A DNA stretch of 64,000 nucleotides, from NCBI GenBank assembly GCA_964514565.1, contig CAZERA010000001.1:186001-250000 (forward strand), written 5' to 3'. Of this stretch, positions 56,159 to 64,000 are shown piece by piece; within the stretch, counting starts at the first letter, position 1; each line of letters opens with the position of its first letter. Both the position numbers and the translations under genes were made by a program. The DNA is from an uncultured Candidatus Peribacteria bacterium. Its GTDB lineage: Bacteria > Patescibacteriota > Gracilibacteria > RBG-16-42-10. The notes under the pieces are model-generated. The model ran no database searches, was not told the DNA's origin, and was given only the letters and a program-made list of their open reading frames with translations.

Positions 56159-57769
56159 ATGATTCTAGTGATTCCTACCGCTGGGCTAGCCACACGTATG
56201 CTACCGCTCAGTTATGGATTACCAAAAGTATTGGTCAGTCATCATGATAAACCAATCTTTCATCATATTCTCAATTGTTATCGAGAGTTGGAGATTACAA
56301 AAGTGATTTTAGTGATCTCTCCTCAGCATCGTGAACTATTTGATCCTTTGATTGAATTATATCGTACAAAGTATCAGATAGAATTGGTAGTTCAACCTGA
56401 GCCTAAAGGTTTATTGGATGCTGTTATTTGTGGGTTAGAAAAGTCAGTACTTAAAGATCCAGTAGTAGTGCATTTGAGTGATGCTATTTTTGATCAGTGT
56501 TTTCTCTCGGCTGACTTTGAACGGAGTTTTGTTGCTGTCACTAAGGTACCAGCTGATCAGGTACAGCATTGGTGTATGGTGCAAGTGCAGAGTGGTGAAG
56601 CTGTAGGCTTTGTTGATAAGCCATTTATCAGTGATTGGTCTGATGCTATTACGGGAGTTTATTATTTCTCTGATCCCAAAAAACTTTACCAATCTTTAGC
56701 CGCGGTCAAAAAAGATCACAGCGCTTTGGCCAGCAGCAATATTAGTACTCTTTTGCGTCTATACAGTAAAAAAGTTCCTCTAGATGCTAAGTACTTAGCA
56801 TGTTGGTGGGATATGGGGACACTGTCCCATCTCCATCGTCAGCAGTTTTGTCACGTATTTGATGGTCACCAGGTGCAACAACATGCCGGTCAAATTACTA
56901 AGTCCGGTACGACTCTAGCAATCAAAAATGAGCTATTTTACTATCAAAACACTTTGGTGCTAGCCTGCTTTCCACGTTTGGATAAAGTTGAGGCGGATAG
57001 TGTGACTATGCAGTATGTATCTACCAACTCGTTAGCTTACTGGTTTTTGTGGCAGCAAATCCCAGATAAAAACAAAGCCTATATTGTTGAACAATTGTGG
57101 CAGTGGATATCTAGTACCTTTTACCAACATGTGCCTGCTAATCAATCGGGACTTGTGGCTCAGACAGAGTATATGTACGGAGAACGAGTAATCCGCAGGT
57201 TAGAGGACTGGAGAGCCCAACTTTCTTTAGCAGAGCAAAAAGACCTTTTTCAAGCAAATATCAAAATTAACGGTAAGCGGCTGCTAGGCTGGGAAGTTTT
57301 GAAAGATCACGTGTTGATAAGAGCCAAGCAGCTATCGTTCAGTTCGGTGATAAGACATATTCATGGAGATCTCCACTGCGCTAATATTCTTTATGATCCC
57401 GAGCGGCATATTTTTACCTGTTTAGACCCTCGGGGTGCCTGGGGAAATCAGCAATCGATTTGGGGCGATATTCGCTACGATGCAGCTAAATTCCTGCATT
57501 CCTTTCATGGAAGCTACGAATATATAAAAAATAGATTAAGCTTGTTTGAAGAACATGCAGACGGGAGCTATGTATTGCAAACAGCTCATTCTACTGTGCT
57601 CTATACAAAGTGGCTTGATGCTTTTTGTATGCGCTGGTCGATTGCTCAAACTGATGTGCTCTGGATTGAGGGTTTGTGCCTACTAGCCATTAGCAAATTG
57701 TATCAAGATAAAGCTTTGCAAAAACAGTTCTTCCTGCAAGGACTGCTCCTCCTAAACTCCTTATTATGA
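56159..57769 (+). CDS. sugar-phosphate nucleotidyltransferase fused to an APH-like phosphotransferase
   Basis: IPTAGLATRMLPL....PK.L, Q.EPKGL.DAV, FVDKP, WWDMG; C-terminal HGDLH.ANIL, DPRG, GDIRYD.AK. Confidence 0.85.
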   Translation: MILVIPTAGLATRMLPLSYGLPKVLVSHHDKPIFHHILNCYRELEITKVILVISPQHRELFDPLIELYRTKYQIELVVQPEPKGLLDAVICGLEKSVLKDPVVVHLSDAIFDQCFLSADFERSFVAVTKVPADQVQHWCMVQVQSGEAVGFVDKPFISDWSDAITGVYYFSDPKKLYQSLAAVKKDHSALASSNISTLLRLYSKKVPLDAKYLACWWDMGTLSHLHRQQFCHVFDGHQVQQHAGQITKSGTTLAIKNELFYYQNTLVLACFPRLDKVEADSVTMQYVSTNSLAYWFLWQQIPDKNKAYIVEQLWQWISSTFYQHVPANQSGLVAQTEYMYGERVIRRLEDWRAQLSLAEQKDLFQANIKINGKRLLGWEVLKDHVLIRAKQLSFSSVIRHIHGDLHCANILYDPERHIFTCLDPRGAWGNQQSIWGDIRYDAAKFLHSFHGSYEYIKNRLSLFEEHADGSYVLQTAHSTVLYTKWLDAFCMRWSIAQTDVLWIEGLCLLAISKLYQDKALQKQFFLQGLLLLNSLL

Positions 57770-58359
57770 TGCGCCATATTTACTTCATTCGACACGGACA
57801 AACTGATTCCAATCAAAAAAATATTCTGATGGGTGGTAGAGCAGATTCGCCACTGACTAATGAGGGTAAAGAACAAGCGAGGATGCTCAGTCGAGGCTTA
57901 AAAGATGTAGCATTTGACCGGATCTATGTCAGTAGCAATACGCGTGCTCAAGATACTGCCAAAATTATTTTTGAGGGGTGTACTACTCCAGTTATTCTTT
58001 CCAATCTGATCAAAGAACAAGATTTTGGATTGATGACAGGGCAGAACCTGAGCGATATTCCAGCCGCTATTGATCAACAATACAAAGAAGATCCTTATCA
58101 TTTTAAGCATGCTGAAGGCGAGAGTCTCGCTGATTTGAAAGAGCGAGTTGGTAAATTCCTACAAACTGAGATTGAGGCTAACCCGTTTGCGCAGGTAGCA
58201 ATTGTGACTCACGAAAATGTGATCAAAGCAGCGATTGGCTATATGAAAGGTTTAGACAAAGAAATGATTGCTTTGAAGTTTAATTATTGCTCAGTGAACC
58301 ATTACTTACTTGATCAATCATCACAATATCATGCGGTCACTATCAACTACACCTACTGA
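57766..58359 (+). CDS. histidine phosphatase family protein
   Basis: RHGQT, S...RA.DTA, E.DFG, GES, VTH. Confidence 0.92.
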   Translation: MMRHIYFIRHGQTDSNQKNILMGGRADSPLTNEGKEQARMLSRGLKDVAFDRIYVSSNTRAQDTAKIIFEGCTTPVILSNLIKEQDFGLMTGQNLSDIPAAIDQQYKEDPYHFKHAEGESLADLKERVGKFLQTEIEANPFAQVAIVTHENVIKAAIGYMKGLDKEMIALKFNYCSVNHYLLDQSSQYHAVTINYTY

Positions 58360-59170
58360 ACCTAATCATTTTGTTTGTCTCACTTTCCGGCCTAGCTTCC
58401 GTAATCAAGTGAGCTCAGGGCTTTGGCAGGGTGCTGCTGCCTATCAAAAAGTCTATCCTGAGCCAGAGTATTGGCAGACAGAGCTGGCTGTACTAGAGCA
58501 GTTTGCTGATCATCCAGATCTCAATATCCCTCGAGTCTATTATGCTTCACGTTCGGATCTTCAAACTGTAATAAGCAAAGTGCCGGGCCAAAAGTTAGAT
58601 AAGATAAGCGCTGTTCAAATAGAAAGGTTGGCGCAAGTCTTGCGTACATTTCAAGGTGAAAGAAAGATTCAGGCAGTGGGGCGCCTGGATATACGGGAGA
58701 GATTAGGGCTTTTCTATCAAAATACTAGTCGGGCTATCTGTCTGACTGTTGCAGAGGAGTTGGTAGCTAAACAAGCTCATCGGTTGCTGGATCGAGAACT
58801 GGTCGCTATAGCTGAGTCTTCAAATGACTTGGTGCATGGAGATTTCAATCTTGGTAATGTTTTATTTGACCAGCCGACTGCAAAGTTTGGTCTGATTGAT
58901 TTTGAGCGGGCATTTATTGGTTTGGGATTGTTGGATATAGCCAAAGGGGCCTGGCGGATTTTAGACAATCACTCTGAATCCGTCAGCGTCTTTTTGCATG
59001 CCTATTATGGGCGTATTCCCACTGCTTCAGAGCACCAGCACTTTCTGCTAGCCCAAATGTATGAATACCTCGGGGCCATATCTTACTTTGCCCTAGAGGG
59101 ACATCGTAATGGCTATCCCTACAAGGACCAAGCAATTAATCAACTTCGCCAATGTTTGTCACAATTTTAG
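58331..59170 (+). CDS. aminoglycoside phosphotransferase/choline kinase-fold kinase (start uncertain: 58310 or 58331)
   Basis: K...E, HGDFNLGNVL, LIDFE. Confidence 0.85.
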   Translation: MRSLSTTPTEPNHFVCLTFRPSFRNQVSSGLWQGAAAYQKVYPEPEYWQTELAVLEQFADHPDLNIPRVYYASRSDLQTVISKVPGQKLDKISAVQIERLAQVLRTFQGERKIQAVGRLDIRERLGLFYQNTSRAICLTVAEELVAKQAHRLLDRELVAIAESSNDLVHGDFNLGNVLFDQPTAKFGLIDFERAFIGLGLLDIAKGAWRILDNHSESVSVFLHAYYGRIPTASEHQHFLLAQMYEYLGAISYFALEGHRNGYPYKDQAINQLRQCLSQF

Positions 59171-60327
59171 TACTTGGTGCTTTGGGGTATCGCGTCTATT
59201 TACTTGGGGTCAGTTTGATGACGATATTGGCCCGAAAGAAAAAGATTGCTCTGTCGAGTGCTTCAGTTGAGCCACAAAACTATGTATTTGTCTTTCCTGT
59301 CTACAAAGAACAAGTCATCATTGAAGATACACTTCGGTATTACGAACAATTTGTCGCTGAACTTGGGACTGTTCAGTTGCTTTTTGTTACTACAGCAAAA
59401 GAGAAAGGAGATCTACGTACCTATGATTTGATCAAAAACTATCTCGTAAAGAGTAACTATCAAGGTAAAATTACTTTGATTGAGTGTGCGGAGCTGCAGG
59501 GGACAAAGGCGACCCAGATTAACTATGGGTTAGCCTATTTGCGTCAAAGGTATGCGGTGTTACCTAACTTGGTACTGTTTGATTGTGATGCCCGCATTAG
59601 TTTGAGTGATTTTAGTGATGCTCAAACATGGATAGATCATAATCCCGGAGCTGTCGTTTATTCATTTGTGCCCAAATCTATTCTTCATCCCACTACACCA
59701 CTTTTAGTGCAATCAACAGTTCTCCATCACACAGAGAGGATGTTGGCTTTTGAATATGCGGCTGCTAAGTTGGATCGCAAGTTTACCTACCCCATGGGAG
59801 CGACGATGATTGTCCTGCCACAGTTGTGGGACAAGATTACTGGCATTCCAGAGCCGATTGATGATATCCCATTAGACTATTTACTCAGCTTCCACGGATT
59901 GCGTGCCAAAGCGTTGCCATATTTTAGCCAGGTTCAAGCTCCACCGGATGCCCGCAATATGTTCAGGCAGATGATTCCTATTTTTAGTGGTGTATTTTCT
60001 TATTATGCGACAGCAAAACGTTACCATATAGCTTTGACCGGATGGCAATGCTGCAAAGGAATTCTGCTTTATGGCGTCTATTTGTTAGAACCATTAGCGA
60101 TTCTATTGGCGTGCTTAGGAAATGTGTCTTTGTGTGTTCTTATTGTCATCCAAATTATTTTGAATTTGTATTGGAGTAAACGTTTATCCATAAAGCACTT
60201 TGCTCTCCACAGTTTTGGCTATGTGATTCGTTTACTGCAATTTCTTTATTTCGCTCTATATTTACTAAAAAGAGAGAAAAAGCTAGATCAATTTAAAACA
60301 GAACGAACTAACTCTACTGGTACTTAG
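59152..60327 (+). CDS. membrane-bound family 2 glycosyltransferase
   Basis: N-terminal TM, PVYKE, TKA.QINYG, LFDCDAR (DxD), IDD, C-terminal TMs. Confidence 0.82.
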   Translation: MFVTILVLGALGYRVYLLGVSLMTILARKKKIALSSASVEPQNYVFVFPVYKEQVIIEDTLRYYEQFVAELGTVQLLFVTTAKEKGDLRTYDLIKNYLVKSNYQGKITLIECAELQGTKATQINYGLAYLRQRYAVLPNLVLFDCDARISLSDFSDAQTWIDHNPGAVVYSFVPKSILHPTTPLLVQSTVLHHTERMLAFEYAAAKLDRKFTYPMGATMIVLPQLWDKITGIPEPIDDIPLDYLLSFHGLRAKALPYFSQVQAPPDARNMFRQMIPIFSGVFSYYATAKRYHIALTGWQCCKGILLYGVYLLEPLAILLACLGNVSLCVLIVIQIILNLYWSKRLSIKHFALHSFGYVIRLLQFLYFALYLLKREKKLDQFKTERTNSTGT

Positions 60328-60460
60328 TTTGTCCAACTTATTGAGCCTTTTAGCTGCCAATTGCTACGTACTAATGACTACCTACAGCTGTGTTTGTCTA
60401 GAGTAAAGTCTTCCCACATTTAAAAACCGGTGCTAAGATAACCTGATTATCAAAAACCAA

Positions 60461-60955
60461 ATGAACAACCTTGATGCCCGCCGCAACGACATAATGGTTC
60501 CTACTCCACACGCATTGGCTGCACTTGAAAGCCGTCAATTGGCTCGTAGTGCCCTAGCACCGCTAACTTCTGTCGATCAAAAAGCTTCAGCTATTGCTAT
60601 AGTGCGAGATGATGTTGCTATGGTGCTCAATCGTGATGCCCCAGAAAGTCCTGTTGCCCAAGCTGTAGAACAAATGCTAGCAGTGAATAAGCTTTTAACT
60701 GTAGTGGGCACAAAAAAATTAGTTGTTGGTGTATCTGCACTAGGTAAGACTACTGTCGAAAACAGTGGTGCAGGCAAGCTTAATATCACGGTGCAAGGTA
60801 AAGATGCTCTCTATCAGTTTGTAGTCGATAGTGATGGTAATGTCGAAGGTGGTTCATCAGCTCCAGAAGCAGGGGCAATTGGGAGTGGTACCATGTCGCC
60901 TAGCTCATTAGTGGAGATCGTGAATACGCTTCATAATATCCAAGCAGTAAACTAA
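60461..60955 (+). CDS. hypothetical protein
   Basis: 164-codon ORF; extended -10 TGCTAAGAT upstream. Confidence 0.65.
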   Translation: MNNLDARRNDIMVPTPHALAALESRQLARSALAPLTSVDQKASAIAIVRDDVAMVLNRDAPESPVAQAVEQMLAVNKLLTVVGTKKLVVGVSALGKTTVENSGAGKLNITVQGKDALYQFVVDSDGNVEGGSSAPEAGAIGSGTMSPSSLVEIVNTLHNIQAVN

Positions 60956-60957
60956 GC

Positions 60958-61737
60958 CTACTGTCTCAGCACGTTTGCCATCAGGAAAACAACAGTTAGC
61001 GGACCGATTCCTCCAGGTACAGGGGTGAGATAGGCCGCTTTTTGTGATGCCTCTTCAAAATTAATATCGCCTTTGATTCCTTTGTCTGTACGGCTAATGC
61101 CCACATCGATGGCAATGCAGCCTGTTTTGATCATCTCTCCAGTCACTAAGTCAGGTTTTCCCACCGCACTGATTAGTATATCTGCTTGTTTTGTAATACT
61201 ACCTAAATCTTTGGTATGTATATGAGTAATACTGACAGTACATTTAGCTTCAACTAACAGATCTACCAAAGCTTTACCTAGTACTTTGGAGTAGCCGATC
61301 ATCACTGCATGTTTGCCCGTGAGGTCCTGATTAGTGCTTTGAATTGCATACATTACTGCGCGTGCTGTCGCTGAGACGAAAGGACTGCCTGCTAGCAATC
61401 CATCCACATCTTTTTCACGAGGAATAAGATTAACCAGTGTATCAACTGGGAATTGGTTCGGAATAGGTAACTGCAACATAATCCCGGCTAAATCCATACG
61501 TGCACAAAACTCTATAATCTTAGCTTTGGCGCTGTTTAAATCTACGTCTGCTGAGAGTTCTAATCTACTAAAGGGGATACCTAGCTCAGTAGCTAGCTTC
61601 TCTTTGTGTGCGATATAAATAGCTGAAGCGGGATTGTCACCAATTACAATTACACCCAGTCCCCCTGATGGGGTGACTAGGCGTAATTGATCTTTTACAG
61701 TTTGAGCTAATTGTTTGCCGTCAATAAGAGTAACCAT
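60958..61737 (-). CDS. folD: bifunctional methylenetetrahydrofolate dehydrogenase/cyclohydrolase
   Basis: IDGK, AS..Y...K, QLP, KDVDG, IDVGI, TPVPGGIGPLT. Confidence 0.96.
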   Translation of the reverse strand: MVTLIDGKQLAQTVKDQLRLVTPSGGLGVIVIGDNPASAIYIAHKEKLATELGIPFSRLELSADVDLNSAKAKIIEFCARMDLAGIMLQLPIPNQFPVDTLVNLIPREKDVDGLLAGSPFVSATARAVMYAIQSTNQDLTGKHAVMIGYSKVLGKALVDLLVEAKCTVSITHIHTKDLGSITKQADILISAVGKPDLVTGEMIKTGCIAIDVGISRTDKGIKGDINFEEASQKAAYLTPVPGGIGPLTVVFLMANVLRQ

Positions 61738-61749
61738 TGCGATAAAACT

Positions 61750-63474
61750 TTAAACTAAGCTGATATTTTTGAGCCAAGCAATATAACGAGCTACAGCTTG
61801 TGCCATAAAGCGGCGTTGTACTTGGTTGTTTTGTGGGAAGGCTGATCCAGCACCCAAGTCTACCAAATTCATACTAGCAGCATATTCAGCAAACTGGCGG
61901 AATGACTCATCACTGATGCCTGTTAAGCTTGCTGACAAAGTAGTGACTGCATGCCCGTGATCAAAATATACACCAGCACCGACTAAGATTTTAACCATTT
62001 CACCGTAGGTTACTGGTCTATCTGGATAGAAGTGATCACCTACACCGGTGACAATACCTTGAGCATAGGCTTTGCCAATGACCAAAGACATCTCTGAACT
62101 ATCGCGTGGTACATCAGTAAAGAACGTATTGGGAGTTGGACTACTGATATAATTACTACAATTGGCACCCAATGCCATCTTGGTAAGCTCGAAACGAGTG
62201 AGGGTGTTGTTTGCACCAAATGTGCCATTTGAGTAACCACGAGAAAGTCTCACGGTTGGATCTGAGGCATATACAGTGCTGGTGAGGAAGTTTACATAAG
62301 GAGCTTGAGACAATGAACCAGGTACATCAGAGAAATTGATTGAAGTTGCACCTGATAGTTGTAAACAAGTAAGTGGATCACTGCTTGGATGACTAAGTCC
62401 ACTTGGCAGTACTGGAGTACTACTTAATGTTGGGGTAGGAGTGACACTTGGTAGTGCTGTAATTGTAGGCAGCACTGTTGGGAGGATTGTAGGAAGCGGT
62501 GCAAGCGTCAAAAGCACATGGTTGATAGTAACATCTTCATCTGTACCGTCGTTGCGGTAAGGTTCACTAACAGTGTTTATGTCATAATCAGTAGCACCTA
62601 AACCTGTAGGAGTGAAATTGGCCATTACGATCGCACTATTATCATAAGTGCCATTGGGAACTACGCTACTATTGCCTGAGATCTTCACTCTGTAATCAAA
62701 TACTTTGGTACTGTCTGGTGGCAATGGACCAGCGATATTGAATGTTAAGCTGCTAGTACCGCTAACCGTGATGCCCGTACCAAATGTGAGAGCGTCATAA
62801 CTAAAACCAACTGGCAGTACATCTTTTACTATCATGCTGTCGATGGTGTATTCACCTTTATTCACTACGCGCATGCGGTAGGTAGCAGTTTGATCTGCAC
62901 TCCCAAAAAACGAGATAGTTGCTGGTGTGTCAAAGCGTTCTTTACTAAGGCCAACTGCGGCAGTGTTTTCATCAACAGCAGTAGGAATCCAAGGTGGGAT
63001 AGCAGAGATATGTGCACGATCGGCTATTTTGAATTGCCAAATATAATCACTAGAAAGTCCCATCGTGCCACCTACTTTGTGGATGCGACTAGCGATTACT
63101 TTTGCTTCATAACTATTGCCTGCAGTGCCTGGATGGACAAATTCATTTGAGGAAAAGTAAAGCATATTTTTATGTATGCTAATACCGTTGTTAGCGACTG
63201 GAAGGCCAGTAGTAAGATTGCGTACTTGAATTGCACTGTCTGGTGTCCCAACAAATTCGATATTACTGCCAAACATAACTGAGATAGTGGTTTGAGCACC
63301 TGCATCTGGGTATCTTAGGATGCGTTCTTTATTGAGTGGGCTCACCGCTACAACAGCAGGTGGAAATTCAATAAGGAGTGGAGGTGACAATAAAATCGCA
63401 TGAGCCTGAGGAACTAAACCACCGAGCATTAGCATTGCGCTTGCAAGGACTAGAAAGCGCTTCGATAAAGACAT
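61750..63474 (-). CDS. secreted surface protein: Ig-like domain, DUF11-like domain, Pro/Thr linker, three SLH domains
   Basis: Signal peptide ending AHA; LSK...TY...V.N.G......V.DVLP.G; FSDVP...GY.NGTF..N..LTRFE; FTDVP...G.V.G....F.PDRPVT..E. Confidence 0.82.
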   Translation of the reverse strand: MSLSKRFLVLASAMLMLGGLVPQAHAILLSPPLLIEFPPAVVAVSPLNKERILRYPDAGAQTTISVMFGSNIEFVGTPDSAIQVRNLTTGLPVANNGISIHKNMLYFSSNEFVHPGTAGNSYEAKVIASRIHKVGGTMGLSSDYIWQFKIADRAHISAIPPWIPTAVDENTAAVGLSKERFDTPATISFFGSADQTATYRMRVVNKGEYTIDSMIVKDVLPVGFSYDALTFGTGITVSGTSSLTFNIAGPLPPDSTKVFDYRVKISGNSSVVPNGTYDNSAIVMANFTPTGLGATDYDINTVSEPYRNDGTDEDVTINHVLLTLAPLPTILPTVLPTITALPSVTPTPTLSSTPVLPSGLSHPSSDPLTCLQLSGATSINFSDVPGSLSQAPYVNFLTSTVYASDPTVRLSRGYSNGTFGANNTLTRFELTKMALGANCSNYISSPTPNTFFTDVPRDSSEMSLVIGKAYAQGIVTGVGDHFYPDRPVTYGEMVKILVGAGVYFDHGHAVTTLSASLTGISDESFRQFAEYAASMNLVDLGAGSAFPQNNQVQRRFMAQAVARYIAWLKNISLV

Positions 63475-63591
63475 AAAAGGAGGAGGGTTAGGATTTACTT
63501 TGCCAACTATAGCACAGTCGTACTATTTGGTTAGTAAGTAACCTTGTCGTTCCTTAAGTAGTCTGCTCTAATATGAAAAGAAACGGTAGTT

Positions 63592-64000
63592 TTATAAGGG
63601 AGATATGTTTTTGAGCCAGACAACATATCGAGCTACAGCTTGAGCCATATATCTACGAATGACCGGGTCGTTTTGAGGGAAGGTTTTGTCAGCATCGATT
63701 GTGACTAAGTCCATCTTGGCAGCGTGCTCAGCAAATTGTCTAAATGTCTCATCAGTAATGCCATTTAATGTACTTGCTTGTGTGGTCACAGGAATACCTC
63801 TACGGAAATAATACCCACCGCCCAGTAAGATTTTGACCATTTCACCGTAGCTTACTGGATTATTAGGAAAGAAACGGTCACCAATACCATTGATGATGCC
63901 AATTGAGCGTGCTTTACCAATTACTAATGAGACTTCAGATTGGTTTTTGGGTACATCATTGAAGAAAGTATTTGGGGTAGGTGAAATTGTATAATCAATA
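63592..64000 (-). CDS. SLH-domain surface protein, 3' part (paralog of the downstream gene; starts outside window)
   Basis: FFNDVP...IGKARSIGIING.GDRFFPNNPVSYGEMVKILLG...FPQND...RRYMAQAVARY..WLKNI. Confidence 0.85.
   Translation of the reverse strand, partial: IDYTISPTPNTFFNDVPKNQSEVSLVIGKARSIGIINGIGDRFFPNNPVSYGEMVKILLGGGYYFRRGIPVTTQASTLNGITDETFRQFAEHAAKMDLVTIDADKTFPQNDPVIRRYMAQAVARYVVWLKNISPL

Noticed and set aside
1..64000. Introns, inteins, transposases or phage genes
   Set aside because: rpoB, rpoC, fusA and tuf are uninterrupted and of ordinary length; no recognisable transposase, integrase or phage motif

Overview
Bacterial chromosomal window from a Candidate Phyla Radiation (Patescibacteria) organism. 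This is inferred from the absence of rpmD/L30 in an otherwise complete spc cluster, AT/pyrimidine-rich leaders without Shine-Dalgarno motifs, many ORFans and SLH proteins. A Peregrinibacteria/Abawacabacteria-like placement is only a guess. TGA acts as stop, so genetic code 11 applies. Bases 1-30.4 kb (minus strand) hold the rpoB-rpoC-str-S10-spc-alpha-rplM/rpsI supercluster. It is interrupted by a NYN/LabA-family nuclease gene between rpsG and fusA and by an opposite-strand flavin amine oxidase gene between adk and map, and it is subdivided by several near-consensus sigma70 promoters and intrinsic terminators. Bases 30.5-41 kb are cell-envelope genes: a 3D/peptidoglycan-binding protein, an SH3b protein, a CsaB-like pyruvyltransferase and a 1972-aa alpha-2-macroglobulin lacking the thioester motif. 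Bases 41-54 kb carry sbcC, a Cys-rich secreted ORFan, a YdeN hydrolase, miaB-miaA, a metallophosphoesterase, trxA and ORFans. At 54.5-60.3 kb are a rare tRNA-Arg(GCG), a highly structured 3' trailer, and a tightly coupled five-gene sugar-modification cassette (GMC oxidoreductase, nucleotidyltransferase-kinase fusion, histidine phosphatase, APH-type kinase, GT2). That cassette is the best candidate for an undescribed pathway. The window ends with folD and two paralogous SLH-domain surface proteins. All calls come from motif recognition by eye; no database searches or folding programs were run.
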